64,000 bases of DNA from Eledone cirrhosa (GCA_964016885.1 OZ024742.1:320726001-320790000), one strand, 5' to 3'. Counted from the stretch's first letter, positions 11,859 to 26,089 are shown. Made by a program: numbers and translations. Notes: a model not told the origin generated them from the letters alone.

Positions 11859-12688
11859 CACGGGTATGTATGATTGTGTATAGAAGATTATATTAATAAA
11901 AGTAATTCCAACTTTGTCTGATTTACTCGTTTTATTTACAATCCTTTAAAATTTATAATGGTATTAGAATGAAATAGTATGGTAGAATATTAAATGTTAA
12001 GTGTTAAGTGTTAATTGAACAAGTACTTTCATGCTTTCGCAATCTTCAGGTTCATAATGTGTGGTGACAGTCAAGTTTGCAATTTTCAACTGTAATGAGA
12101 TGGGTAAATTTTGTGCCTTATATACAGTGAAAAGTGGCTCCAGAATGCTAAATCTTGCAAACTGTATTTCGACCAATCGGTGTGTAGTATCACTGGATTA
12201 CTAAAGCTGATTGGTTTAGGCGTCACGGTTGGTTGAGCATGTCTAACGACTACTAATTGACCCTATCCAAAGCATCAAATGTTTTGCTATTTTTAGAAAT
12301 GATGAAAATAGCATTTTCTAGTAATCATCACCATCAACATCACTTTTATTATTATTATTATTGTTGTTGTTAGTGGTCGTAGTCATAGTCATAGTAGGAT
12401 TAATACTCCATTGTTATTGCTCATTTAGCTTGGGTTTGAATTTATCAATAAAATTCTTTTCTTTGATTTTTCTCTTGATTTCACTTGGGCTGTGTAATTT
12501 GTAGAATGGTAATATTATAAATATTCCCTGACCACATGTTGCTAGATGGTTACTTAGGGGTATCTAACGGACATTTGGGTCTCTGGTTTGCTGTCGGTGT
12601 ACCCGTGCACATTCCGACAGTGCATTTCCAGTTTGACCGACATATAGTTCTTCACAATTCGGGCATTTAATGCAGTAAATATATAATG

Positions 12689-12690
<2 letters not shown>
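11836..12690 (-). mobile_element. Penelope-like (Neptune-type) 3' remnant: GIY-YIG C-terminal half + pseudo-LTR
   Basis: 12420-12690 (-) reads CEELYVGQTGNALSECARVHRQQTRDPNVR*IPLSNHLATCG...FIILPFYKL...KEKNFIDKFKPKLN; HHR lies downstream; 11836-12092 is repeated at 18580-18827. Confidence 0.8.
12016..12054 (-). ncRNA. Minimal type I hammerhead ribozyme
   Basis: ugaac-CUGAAGA-uugc gaaa gcau-GAAA-guac-UU-guuca. Confidence 0.8.
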
Positions 12691-12744
<54 letters not shown>

Positions 12745-12916
12745 TTAGTATCATAAATAAGAGACAGCTTAATTTGTACATGTTATTACAGCATTCCTTT
12801 ATACGTATATATACATACATAAACATGTTATTTACAGTTGTATAAAAAAGAAGTATAATTGTTTCTACTTTTGGCACAATTATTTCAGTACATTACTGGT
12901 ACTTTATTATATATAA

Positions 12917-13167
12917 TACTAGCAGAATGGCCCGGCGTTGCTCGGGATTCTAAATATAGATTGGCATGTTTATCCCTCCTTTCTGAAACAGTACAAAGAA
13001 GTACGGAATACCTCGGCCTCGGAATAGTGTCTACATTTTGTGCTTATAAAAGAAATTCGTCGTAGATTACCAGGGATTTTTTCCGTGCGAAGAAAATCAA
13101 TACTTTATCGCAAAATAAATACGTTTGTTTATATTTTGTTATTATGTATGCAAAAATATCTGTACAC

Positions 13168-13260
<93 letters not shown>

Positions 13261-13720
13261 AAAATAACAGATTAAAGTTTAAGCAAAGAATCGCTGCTTT
13301 CACCCTTAACGGGATCTTCTGAAACTAAAAAAATCAATCTGTGAATGCAGAAGTAAATATTTCGAAAATCGTTACACACTATATATATACATACACACAC
13401 TATATATACATATACACACACACAGATAGCGAAGTCAATGTTTTCATAATGTCGTAATGCAGACAGCCAGACATACAGACAGATATTATAGGGGCGCGAC
13501 GTTATAGCAATGTATCTATATAAAAAGACAGACTAAGAAAGATAGAGAGAGATCGCTAACCGGTGCCTAATGCGGTCCCTAGGGCATTGATAATTTGAAA
13601 TATGTTTTGCTCAAAACACTCGCACGGCCATAAGTATTACATGTATGAAGTTTGAAAAAAATCGGTTGGGTGGCTTTAGGGGGACAGACAGACAGACATT
13701 CTCTGTTTTAGATATATAGA
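12917..13720 (-). mobile_element. Helitron-like non-autonomous element (interrupted)
   Basis: 5' tctatatatctaaaacagagaatgtc; 3' hairpin cccgagcaacgccggg followed by ctag|t. Confidence 0.7.
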
Positions 13721-13734
13721 TATTTAATACGACA

Positions 13735-14760
13735 TTCCTCTCTCTTTCTTACTCTGTCTTTTTAGATATATACATAGCTATAACGTCGCGCGCTTATAAT
13801 ATCTGTCTGTATGTCTGCCTGTCTGCATTGACTTCGCTTATTTTCAACAGTAATACTGTACATATTTTCAACAGTAATACTGTACTATATATTTTCAACC
13901 GTAATACTGTACTATATATTTTCAACAGTAATACTGTATCATATATTTTCAATATTAATACTATACTATACTATATATTTTCAACAGTAATACTGTACTA
14001 TATATTTTCAACAGTAAAACTATACCTTCTATTTTCAACAGTAATACCATACTATATGTTTTCAACAGTAATATTATACTATACATTTTCAATAGTAATA
14101 CTATACTATACTATATATTTTCAACAGTAATACCGTACTATATATTTTTTCAAACTTTACACATGTAATACTTATGGTCCTGTGAGTGTTTTGAGCAACA
14201 AAAATATTTCAAAGTTTCAATGCCCTAGGGACCGCATTAGGCGATTTAACGACCTCTCTATATAATTCTTAGTCTTTCTTTTTAGATAGATACATAGATA
14301 TAACGTCGCGCCCTTATAATATATATCAAATATATAAGAACCCTAGAGCAAATCCCGAGCAACGCCGGGCCATTCTGCTAGTCTATATATCTAAAACAGA
14401 GAATGTCTCTCTGTCTGTCCCCTAAAACTCGAGAACCATCCAATGGATTTTTTTCAAACTTTACACATGTAATACTTATGGTCGTGTGAGTGTTTTGAGC
14501 AAAAGATATTTCATATTTTCAATACCCTAGGGACCGTATTAGGCGAAAAACAGCATATTTTAGGCTTTAAAGGCTTTTTTGAGGCATAACGGAACAATAA
14601 CCCAGGCGATTTCTTCAAAATTTGAATTACTTATGTCGTTTAAAGTGTTTTGAGCAAAATAGATTTGCTCATTTTTTGCCCCAGGGACCGCATTATGCGA
14701 AAAACCGATTTTTTGAAGCATTTTGGTTGCGTTAGAGCCTGTAACTTGAGAAGTACCCAA
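13735..14760 (+). mobile_element. Tandem Helitron-like copies (3' CTAG end at ~14382 joined directly to the next 5' TC end)
   Basis: ...cccgagcaacgccgggccattctgctag|tctatatatctaaaacagagaatg at 14354-14406. Confidence 0.7.
13840..14148. repeat. ~26-28-bp minisatellite (tatattttcaacagtaatactgtacta), ~11 copies, inside the Helitron-like element
   Basis: Direct reading. Confidence 0.9.
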
Positions 14761-14847
14761 CCGATTGGCTGAGAGAGAGAGAGAGGAGTAGGATGTTATT
14801 TAATTTGATGTGTCCAAAAGTTACTATGTCTCTTACATCCGTCATTC

Positions 14848-14918
<71 letters not shown>

Positions 14919-15229
14919 CAATCAAACTAATCATCCTCCCCCTCCATCCTCATATATATGTGTCACAACCATTAGCTTTTCTTCACCCTTCATCCGCGTA
15001 TTTCATTTATTTCGGGTTTATTTTATTGGTTCAATATATTTATTGTAAGAAGCAAATAGTGAGTAAATAGTGACAAGGGAGTGTCTGAGACTCGGTTTAG
15101 AACAAATATTACGAAGGTCTTCGTTCGAAAAGTAGTTCGACAGTTATTTCACGGATGTCTTCATATACAGATAAAAGATCACTCAGATATATCACGCGCG
15201 CATGCAAACATATACACACACATGTATAA

Positions 15230-15853
15230 TCTATATATCTAAAACAGAGAATGTCTGTCTGTCTCTCCCCCTAAAACTCGAGAACCTCCCAACCGACTTT
15301 TTTCAAACTTTACACATGTAATACTTATGGTTGTGTGAGTGTTTTGAGCAAAAAATATTTCAAATTTTCAATGCCCTAGGGACCGCATTAGGCGAAAAAC
15401 CGCATATTTTAGGCTTTAAAGGCTTTTTTTTAGGCATAACGGAACAATAATCCAGGCAATTTCTTCAAAATTTGCATTACTTATGTTGTTTAAAGTGTTT
15501 TGAGCCAAAAAGATTTCTCATTTTTTGCTCCACAGACTGCATTAGGCGAAAAACCGATTTTCTCAAGCATTCTGGTTGTGTTAGGGCCTGTAACTCGAGA
15601 AGGACCCAACCGATTTTTTTAAAACTTTACAGATGCATTACTTATGTTTCACAAATTTTCTTGACTGAAAAAGATTTCAAATTTTTAAAATTAAACCACT
15701 GGTAATCTAGGACTAATTTTTTTTATAAGCACAAAATGTAGATACCATCCCCAGGCCGAGGTATTCCGTACTTCTCTGTACTGTTTCAGAAAGGAGGGTA
15801 AACATGCCAATCTTTGTTTAGAATCCCGAGCAACGCCGGGCCATTCTGCTAGT
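15230..15853 (+). mobile_element. Full-length Helitron-like non-autonomous element
   Basis: a|tctatatatc...subterminal hairpin cccgagcaacgccggg...ctag|t; internal ~90-bp subrepeats; no TSD. Confidence 0.75.
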
Positions 15854-16040
15854 ATATATTATATATAATAAAGTACCAATAATGTACTGGAATAATTGCT
15901 GGCCTTGTGCCAAAAGTAGAAACATTTATACTTCTTTTTTTATACAACTGTAAATAACATGTTTATGTATGTATATATACGTATAAAGGAATGCTGTAAT
16001 AAAATGTACAAATTAAACTGTCTCTTATTTATGATACTAA

Positions 16041-16134
<94 letters not shown>

Positions 16135-16169
16135 TATATATATACATATATATATATACACACACACAG

Positions 16170-16518
16170 AGATAGCGAAGTAAATGTACAGAATGGTTTT
16201 CGTAATTCAGACAGCCAGACATACAGACAGATATTATAAGGGCGCGACGTTATAGCTCTGTATCTATCTAAAAAGACCGACTAAGAAAGAGAGAGATCGC
16301 TAATCGGAAGTGTTGACATTTAAAAATTTTAAAGAAGTGAATATTTAAATAAACAATAAAATATCTCCAATCTTTTAACTAAATTTAGTAGACAAAAATA
16401 CACTCATTTTCTTACTTGGAAAAAGTTACAACTATGGTGCAAATTTGGTGCTGTTTGGTCCAGCCGTTTGGCGAAAAGTTTGTTATATACATACGGCCGT
16501 CAGCTTTATAATATAGAT
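16170..16518 (-). mobile_element. Helitron-like fragment, family 2
   Basis: Begins tctatattataaagctgacggccgtatg on the - strand; homologous to 8505-8812. Confidence 0.55.
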
Positions 16519-16639
16519 TTTAAACACTATAATAGAGCACGTAATATTTGTGTGAATATAAGAACGAGAGAGAATTTATTCATTAAATGTGTACGTATAT
16601 AAATTTTAACTAAACTGATACAACTGCCAAATCAAAGGA

Positions 16640-16885
16640 TATTCAAGCAGGTGACGGTTGATTCGTGGAACGTAGCACGGAAAGACAAAATGTTGGACTT
16701 CATAGGTGAATGTGTCAATGTGTTTCCTTGTTCGCCATAGTAATGCTATCTACCGGTCGCAACTCCTGGAAAAAAGATCAACGTGAAATAAAGTACCTTG
16801 TTGAAGAACATAACGTATCGACCGTTCCGGAAATCGAACTCGCAACGTTACGATTTCAAATCCAATTCTCTAATCACTCAGCCAC
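16640..16885 (-). mobile_element. Old tRNA-SINE copy
   Basis: gtggctgagtgattagag (A-box-like) and gagttcgatttcc (B-box-like) on the - strand; cttcaacaaggtacttta. Confidence 0.5.
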
Positions 16886-17499
16886 AGAATCTAAAATCCA
16901 TATTAACAGGACAAAATTCGGTCTTAATGAGGAATTCGATTCCAATTAAATATGAATATTTTTTTTAAAATAAAATTTTATTAAAAGACACCTGATCTCA
17001 TGGTTGCAGTGGTGTTATTGTTTTTCGTGGTGTTGTTTGTGGTGATGATGGTGTTGATGGTGGTGGTGGTTTTGGTGGATGTTTTGATGATTTTGGTGAT
17101 GGAGTGTGTGGTGGCGGAAGTGTTAATGTTTTGATGATGATGCTTGTGGTGATGGTGGTGTTACTGTTGGTAGAAGGATTATTGATGTTGGTGATGGTGG
17201 CTATGGTGGCGGCGGTCCTGTTTATCATGTCTAAAGGTCAATGTGTACACTGTAGCTTGGGACGACAAACAGACAAAATGTAAAAAAAAGAGAGATTGTA
17301 TGGACAGGAGGCGCTGTTCTTCTGTTTAGCATATAGATTAATTATATGTCACCGAGTGGTGATGTATGTATGTATGTATGTATGTATGTATGTATGTATG
17401 TATGTATGTATGTATGTATGTATGTATGTATGCATGCATGTATGTGCGTACGTAGGTATGTAGGTGTGTGTGTGTGTATATGTATGTATGTATGTATCT

Positions 17500-17920
17500 A
17501 TGACAAAGGGCGGAAGAACTCATAAGAGTCAACGACATTCCAAATGTCTGTAAATATGTATATACACATGTACCGCGCGGTTAAACCACTGGGAGTGAAG
17601 GACCCCTAGCCTTTGTCAAGGCATTCTTCTAGGAGAAGGCAACTCAGGAAACTGGGATAACTCCGATATAAAACCTGCGGCTCAGTAGTTACCGATGATG
17701 TTGATCTTTTCTTCTTTTCGGGTTATAGCTACTGTCGCTCAGAGCGTGGGATTGGCTCAGTGCACAGTCTTTCCTCACTTTAAAAAATATAATCACGTAC
17801 AGGCATTGCACGATAGAATTAATTAATAATTATTAATAATGGTATATCGTGCAATGGCCATACTCGATAACGAGGGGGCAGTCATCATCATGTATGTATG
17901 TATGTATGTATGTATGTATG

Positions 17921-17951
<31 letters not shown>

Positions 17952-18535
17952 CATGTATCCTAGTACAACCTGTCTCATGGTCGGGTCGTTGGCGACTAAA
18001 CTGGCAACCCCACCAAGGTTTCTTGGTGAGGAGGGTGACTTTGGACATCCTGCAGGACTAAAAACAAAAACCTGTCAAAGGGCAAAGGAGCTCTTAAGAG
18101 TCAATGGCCATCCAAAATCACTGGGAGAGATGACCCCTTAGCCTTTGTCAAGGCAGAATTCTAGGAGAAGGAAAACTCTGATATAACACCTGCAACCCTG
18201 ATGGTATCCAATGATGTTGACTTGTTCTTCTTTTTGATAAATATCATCTTGGTTAAGAGAGTGGGACTGGCTTTGTGCAGTGCCTTTGCTCACTATAAAA
18301 GCTTCACGGCACAGGCATTGCTTTATATCTGGAGATCTCTCTGCACTTGTCGTCACATGGTACCATGAGCCCAGCACTATGTGTCGGTAATTGTCACAAG
18401 TGTAGTGTTTGTACCAGAGTTTTCAAGTCGCTGGCTGGACTAAAAAGTCACTCGTTCAGCGCATCGGTAGGGGTTCTCCTACATGGATATAAAGTAGTGG
18501 CCGTACGCGAAAAAGAGTTGGCAGCCACCATGTAT
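17500..18535 (+). mobile_element. Two related non-autonomous RTE-like derivatives in (ATGT)n tracts
   Basis: 17503-17812 is similar to 18075-18325 (ctaggagaagg.aactc motif); 18392-18452 encodes CHKCSVCTRVFKSLAGLKSH, a C2H2-like finger typical of RTE/BovB C-termini; (ATGT)n flanks. Confidence 0.55.
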
Positions 18536-18537
18536 GA

Positions 18538-18572
<35 letters not shown>

Positions 18573-18750
18573 TAGATAGATAGATAGATAGATAAATATA
18601 CACGGGTGTGTATGATTGTGTATAGAAGATTATATTAATAAGAGGAATTCCAACTTTGTCTGATTTACTCATTTTATTTACAATCCTTTAAAATTTATAA
18701 TGGTATTATAATGAAATAGTATGATAGAATATTAAATTCTAAGTGTTAAT

Positions 18751-18789
18751 TGAACAAGTACTTTCATGCTTTCGCAATCTTCAGGTTCA
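18751..18789 (-). ncRNA. Minimal type I hammerhead ribozyme
   Basis: Identical to 12016-12054. Confidence 0.8.
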
Positions 18790-18988
18790 TAATATGTGGT
18801 GACAGTCAAGTTTGCAATTTTCAACTGTGAACCTGAACCCGAACCCGAATCCGATTCCAAATCCAAATCCAAATCCAAATCCAAACTCAAACCCAAACCC
18901 GAACCCGAACCCAAACCCGAACTCGAACCCAAACCCGAACCCGAACCCGACAGTTGAAAATTGCAAACTTGACTGTCACCACATATTA

Positions 18989-19027
18989 TGAACCTGAAGA
19001 TTGCGAAAGCATGAAAGTACTTGTTCA
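18989..19027 (+). ncRNA. Minimal type I hammerhead ribozyme
   Basis: tgaac ctgaaga ttgcgaaagcat gaaa gtac tt gttca. Confidence 0.8.
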
Positions 19028-19139
19028 ATTAACACTTAGAATTTAATATTCTATCAGACTATTTCATTATAATACCATTATAAATTTTAAAGGATTGTAA
19101 ATAAAATGAGTAAATCAGACAAAGTTGGAATTCCTCTTA

Positions 19140-19185
<46 letters not shown>

Positions 19186-19190
<5 letters not shown>

Positions 19191-19375
19191 GTTTCTACTT
19201 TTGGCACAAGGCCAGCAAATACCCAGTGCATTACTGGTACTTTATTTTATCGACCCCGTAAGGATGAAAGACAAAGTTAACCTCGGCGGGATTTGAACTC
19301 AGAATGGCAAGGGGCGTAACTCTATGCGTCAAAGCATGGCGTCCGACCCTCTACTGATACTGCCAATCCACTAAT
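19186..19375 (-). mobile_element. Meta-core tRNA-SINE
   Basis: B-box gagttcaaatccc and core tttcatccttacggggtcgataaaataaagtaccag on the - strand. Confidence 0.85.
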
Positions 19376-19502
19376 CAAAGGCAGATAGGCAGGTAGGTAG
19401 CTAGATAGGAAAGAGAGAGTGAAAATGCGAGAGAAAATCATAGTATATCGTTTGATTTCATGGAAAGGAAACACACCTACCTGTGTGGGCACCGACATAT
19501 AT

Positions 19503-20850
<1,348 letters not shown>

Positions 20851-21147
20851 TATATATATATATATATTAACATTAATGTTTATATCTTTATGTGTGAGGT
20901 TTGTGAATGTGGGCTTGTGTGTGTTTTAATGAGTATCTATCTATTTATCTCTCTATCTATCTCAAAATAAAGAAACATATCTATCTCACTATATAGTCGG
21001 ATACATAGGGTAGAGTTACACACGAAATTACATAACAAATATACTCCTCTCTCCTCCTTCCCATTAAACTACAAAAATTATTGTTACATTATTAAAGCCA
21101 CACAACTCACACAAATGCAGATACGGATATGTATATACTTTACATAT

Positions 21148-21405
21148 AGATATATTTCTTTATTAGCCACAAGGGCGCACAAGAAAAGGGGGAAAACAAG
21201 GACACATGCCGGGGATTTTACATACAATCGTGTAAAAATATTAAAACAGACAAATTTAACAATAGAAATCCCCAATAGGGGGGGGGGGAGGGGCACCACA
21301 AATGGGTTGTTTAATACCCCGTAGATAGAACAACCCTCAACTACAGGAGCGTGTTGTGCAAGAGCTCCTTTCTTCCTTTTGCTCTCTTCTTCAACGTACA
21401 GGTTT
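21148..21405 (-). mobile_element. Tx1-family 3'-UTR fragment (third subfamily)
   Basis: cttgtgcgcccttgtggctaataaagaaatatatcta on the - strand; ORF stop region followed by a GA-rich tract, as in the other copies. Confidence 0.75.
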
Positions 21406-21711
21406 ATATACAAAGAAATAGCAGTAAAATACAGAGAAATACAGTAAAATATATAGTTATTTTTATTTGCATATACTATTATTTTCCATCTGTGTAAATC
21501 TTTGTATTTTTCACTCAATGGAAGATCAGCCATAAATATTTTATATATATTCTCACCCTGTTCATAGCGAATTAGTTACGTGAACAGCGGTAAACGCGAA
21601 ATTCTGAGTATATATATATCTGATGTAAAAGAGAATGTTTCCAATCTTGATAAAATCTTCATATATATATATTTACATATAGATATAATGTATATATATA
21701 TATGTATATGT

Positions 21712-21771
<60 letters not shown>

Positions 21772-21958
21772 GAAGTTAGTAAGCCCGTGGGTACTAAGTA
21801 CCCCTGGAAATACATAGGTTGTCTATGATTTAAGGTTGTTCTATGGTATCAATTTGACATACCAGAACTATAATATTAATATAAGCAGAACAAGCAAAAT
21901 TCAACCAATTTTTTAAAATAAATTAAAAAATATAATTTAAATATTTACCTATTCATAT

Positions 21959-22042
21959 GGCTCTTACCGATCGGTTTCGCCTTGTAAAACACCAGAGACC
22001 CAATGGATTTCTAATGGAAAATCAAGGCTCATCAGAGAAGCA
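21959..22042 (-). ncRNA. Type I hammerhead ribozyme, unit 1
   Basis: gcuucu-CUGAUGA-gccuug...caaggc-GAAA-ccgaucgg-UA-agagc. Confidence 0.88.
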
Positions 22043-22439
22043 TTTTCCTTTCCTAGGGCTAAAGACCCAGGAACGATAAAATATATTGTTATCTGCCAGC
22101 TAGCACAGATCCAAAAGGCCGAAAAATGACCTGTACGTGAACTACCCGAGGTTAAAGCGGGAAAAACATAGACGTGTTGTCTATCTCGTTACTAAAAATA
22201 GCAGCTAAATAGAATCAACATGATTGTTCTCAACAAATGGAGGGTGATAGAAGAAGTTAGTAAGCCCGTGGGTACTAAGTACCCCTGGAAATACATAGGT
22301 TGTCTATGATTTAAGGTTGTTCTATGGTATCAATTTGACATACCAGAACTATAATATTAATATAAGCAGAACAAGCAAAATTCAACCAATTTTTTAAAAT
22401 AAATTAAAAAATATAATTTAAATATTTACCTATTCATAT

Positions 22440-22523
22440 GGCTCTTACCGATCGGTTTCGCCTTGTAAAACACCAGAGACCCAATGGATTTCTAATGGAA
22501 AATCAAGGCTCATCAGAGAAGCA
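22440..22523 (-). ncRNA. Type I hammerhead ribozyme, unit 2
   Basis: Identical to unit 1, 481 bp away. Confidence 0.88.
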
Positions 22524-23038
22524 TTTTCCTTTCCTAGGGCTAAAGACCCAGGAACGATAAAATATATTGTTATCTGCCAGCTAGCACAGATCCAAAAGGC
22601 CGAAAAATGACCTGTACGTGAACTACCCGAGGTTAAAGCGGGAAAAACATAGACGTGTTGTCTATCTCGTTACTAAAAATAGCAGCTAAATAGAATCAAC
22701 ATGATTGTTCTCAACAAATGGAGGGTGATAGAAGAAGTTAGTAAGCCCGTGGGTACTAAGTACCCCTGGAAATACATAGGTTGTCTATGATTTAAGGTTG
22801 TTCTATGGTATCAATTTGACATACCAGAACTATAATATTAATATAAGCAGAACAAGCAAAATTCAACCAATTTTTTAAATTATATTTTTTAATTTATTTT
22901 AAAAAAAAATTGGTTGAATTTTGCTTGTTCTGCTTATATTAATATATATATATATATATATATATATGTGCATTTATTTACACACACACACACCCACACA
23001 TATATATATGTGTGTATTTATTTATATGTAAATGTATT

Positions 23039-23102
<64 letters not shown>

Positions 23103-23680
23103 TGTATGTATGTATGTATGTATGTATGTATGTATGTATGTATGTATGTATGTATGTATGCATGTTTGTTTGTATGTATGTATCTGTATAAATATATCAA
23201 AGAATGAATAGCTTACATATGTATAAGTGTTTCAATGCGGCGGTACTTATCAAAGGTATGAAAAATACCGATGAACAGAAACACTTGTACGACACTCTAC
23301 ATAATGATATGGTGACCCTTTTATGAGCCGTCTTTTTCGAATTCTTGTCACCGGACACACACACACACACATACGCACACACACACACATATATATATAG
23401 GTCTCCAAACTCTAATTATATGTAAATCTCATTTTCACTCGCCTTAGCCATGTGTATCCATGAAAGTCTGATGAAATGTGAACAGATTGGGAAATATATT
23501 ATCTAATAAATATTGAAGTGTTTAAATAGGAAACCAGACTGTAGCCAATATAATTTTGAATATCGTTTGTTATTTAAATAAATAGCTTTCTGACTACAGA
23601 ACACTCCCACCAGCTGTGGATTATTACTCCACACACACACATATATGGAAGTAGTGTATTCATTATTTTACAGATATATA

Positions 23681-24075
23681 GGGCGGTGAATTGGCCGTAT
23701 CGGTAGAGGGCTGGATTATGTTTTCCAGCATAGTTACGTCCCTTTACGATCTGAGTTCAATTCCCGCCGAGGTTAACTTTGCCTTTCATCCTTACAGGGT
23801 CGATAAAATAAAGTACCAGTAATGTACTGGGATAATTGCTGGCCTTGTGCCAAAAAAGTAGAAACAATTATTTTACAGATATATAGAGCGGTGGATTGGT
23901 GGTGTGGGTTACGGTCCTCTAACTTCTGGTTTCAAACCCCACTGAGGTCAAACTTGTCGATCATCCTTTTGGGGTCGATAAAATATAGTACCAGTAACTA
24001 ACTGGAGTAGATTTAATCTCCCCCCCCCCCCCCAAAAAAAAAAAAATTGCTGGCCTTGTGCCTAAATCCGAAATT
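23681..24075 (+). mobile_element. Two tandem Meta-core tRNA-SINEs
   Basis: ggcggtgaattggc...gagttcaattcccgccgagg...gcctttcatccttacagggtcgataaaataaagtaccag; flanking repeat attattttacagatatatag at 23662 and 23868 (TSD-like). Confidence 0.85.
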
Positions 24076-24655
24076 ATTATTATTATCTTTATAATTATCA
24101 TTTGGTGTTGTTGGTTTTAGTGTTAGTGGTGGAGATGATGGTTTTGATGTTGGGAAGGATGGTGATGGTGGTGTTTGTGTCAGTAGTGTAATAGATCACA
24201 TTCAATAATAGCACTTATAACAACAACAACATTAGTAGCAGCAGCAGCAGCACCACCACCACCACCACCACCACCACCACAACAACAACAACAACAATAA
24301 CAGCAACAATCATCTCTACCGACATCACCTCCACCACCACCATTACAACAACAACAACAACAACAATAACAACCATCACCTCTAACCACAACCATCAGTA
24401 CCATTACAACAACAATATCTACAACAACAGTAAAACCAACAGTAACGATACGGAAACGACCAATTCCAGTAGAACTGACCAAAGTCTCAAACAAAGTGGA
24501 TATTTCCTGTGTAGACGTCTTTGACAGTCTGAGACTGATGAATTCACACACACACACACGCTCAGGGAGACACACGCAGGGAGACACACATACATACACA
24601 CGCACACACACACACACACACACGCACATACACACAGACACACACACGTACACAC

Positions 24656-24697
<42 letters not shown>

Positions 24698-24921
24698 ACA
24701 CACATATGTGTGTGTGTGTGAGTGTGCGTGTGTGTGTCTGTGTGTATATATATATATATATTTATTAAAATAACAGATTAAAGTTTAAGCAAAGAATCGC
24801 TGCTTTCACTCTTAACGGGATCTTCTGAAACTAAGTCTTTGCTCTACGGTTCTTATATATTTGATATATATTTATCCTTATCGAGCCCTCTTTGGATTTT
24901 AGTCCTCAAATTTATTATTAT

Positions 24922-25029
<108 letters not shown>

Positions 25030-25249
25030 TGAGGTTTTTTTTTCCAAAATAAAAAAACGAGATGTCCTACACGGGTGAAAGTATAAGGAAAAAAGATGAA
25101 ATCGAAAATGCAACTGGAGGCTTTTTAAGAATATTTATTTGGTTCCTTTACCGGTTTCCCAGTTCTTATGCTTTTCAAAACTTGAATTAAGATGGACGGC
25201 TTGTGATTTTTCTCGCGAGAAAACCCACAAACCCTCCATCTTAATTCTA

Positions 25250-25316
<67 letters not shown>

Positions 25317-26026
25317 AATAAATACAATATCGGAGAAAGCTTTTTAGCGATACTCCGGCCAAATTCCAACTCACTCAAAAAACATTAGGAAATAAGTGAT
25401 TATATTCCCAATTATGCGTTCGGGGTGCTAACTAAAAGTATTGCGTGGAAAATTGGCCGTATTATTTCATATGAGACATATCTAATATATCTCTTCCCAG
25501 ACGGACGTCTCGTTTCATTATAGGATTCCTACAATTTGGGTGAAATTATACCAATTTATGTAGGAGCTGTATACCGTCAATAGATATATATTCAAGTGGG
25601 CTCCTATAATTCATCAGTGGGTGCCCCAATAATACTAATATTGATAATCTAACCAACATCAGTATTTAGCGATAATCATCATCCTCTGTGCCTGAGGTAT
25701 CTGTCAGGTTGCCAGTCCAGCAGTTCTTAAGAAGTGCTCAAACCGATTCAAAAAATGAGGAAGTAAATTACCGCCAAAAAAACAATACATGCGCATGACA
25801 ATAAATTCTGAAAGGAATTCAGGCCACGTGCTAAGAACTCAATTGGAAATTGAAAAAATATCTATGTGTGTACAACATTTGATGACACACAGATATTTTC
25901 TCGGGCAAAATAACAGAATGAGATATAAGGAACAATCAATATTCATATATAAAAAATAAACAAAGAAATGGTAACCTTATACCGGGAATTTTTTCGAATC
26001 TGCTGCACCAAGAGTAAATAAATAAA

Positions 26027-26089
<63 letters not shown>

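Larger units (their letters stand above)
18631..19147. repeat. Near-perfect palindrome of PLE pseudo-LTR arms (~197 bp) with a hexamer-repeat spacer
   Basis: 18631-18827 is the reverse complement of 18950-19147; spacer (gaaccc/aaatcc/aaaccc)n. Confidence 0.95.
21768..22945 (-). mobile_element. Retrozyme-like tandem array: ~2.3 identical 481-bp non-coding units with one HHR each and a terminal inversion
   Basis: Units start at 21768, 22249 and 22730; 22878-22945 is an inverted copy of unit sequence; (TA)n on both sides. Confidence 0.85.

Noticed and set aside
18392-18452. C2H2 zinc finger as a host gene exon
   Set aside because: Single finger without linker, embedded in an RTE-like remnant ending in an ATGT tail
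23681-23775. tRNA gene
   Set aside because: A/B-box-like head belongs to a multi-copy SINE; no cloverleaf
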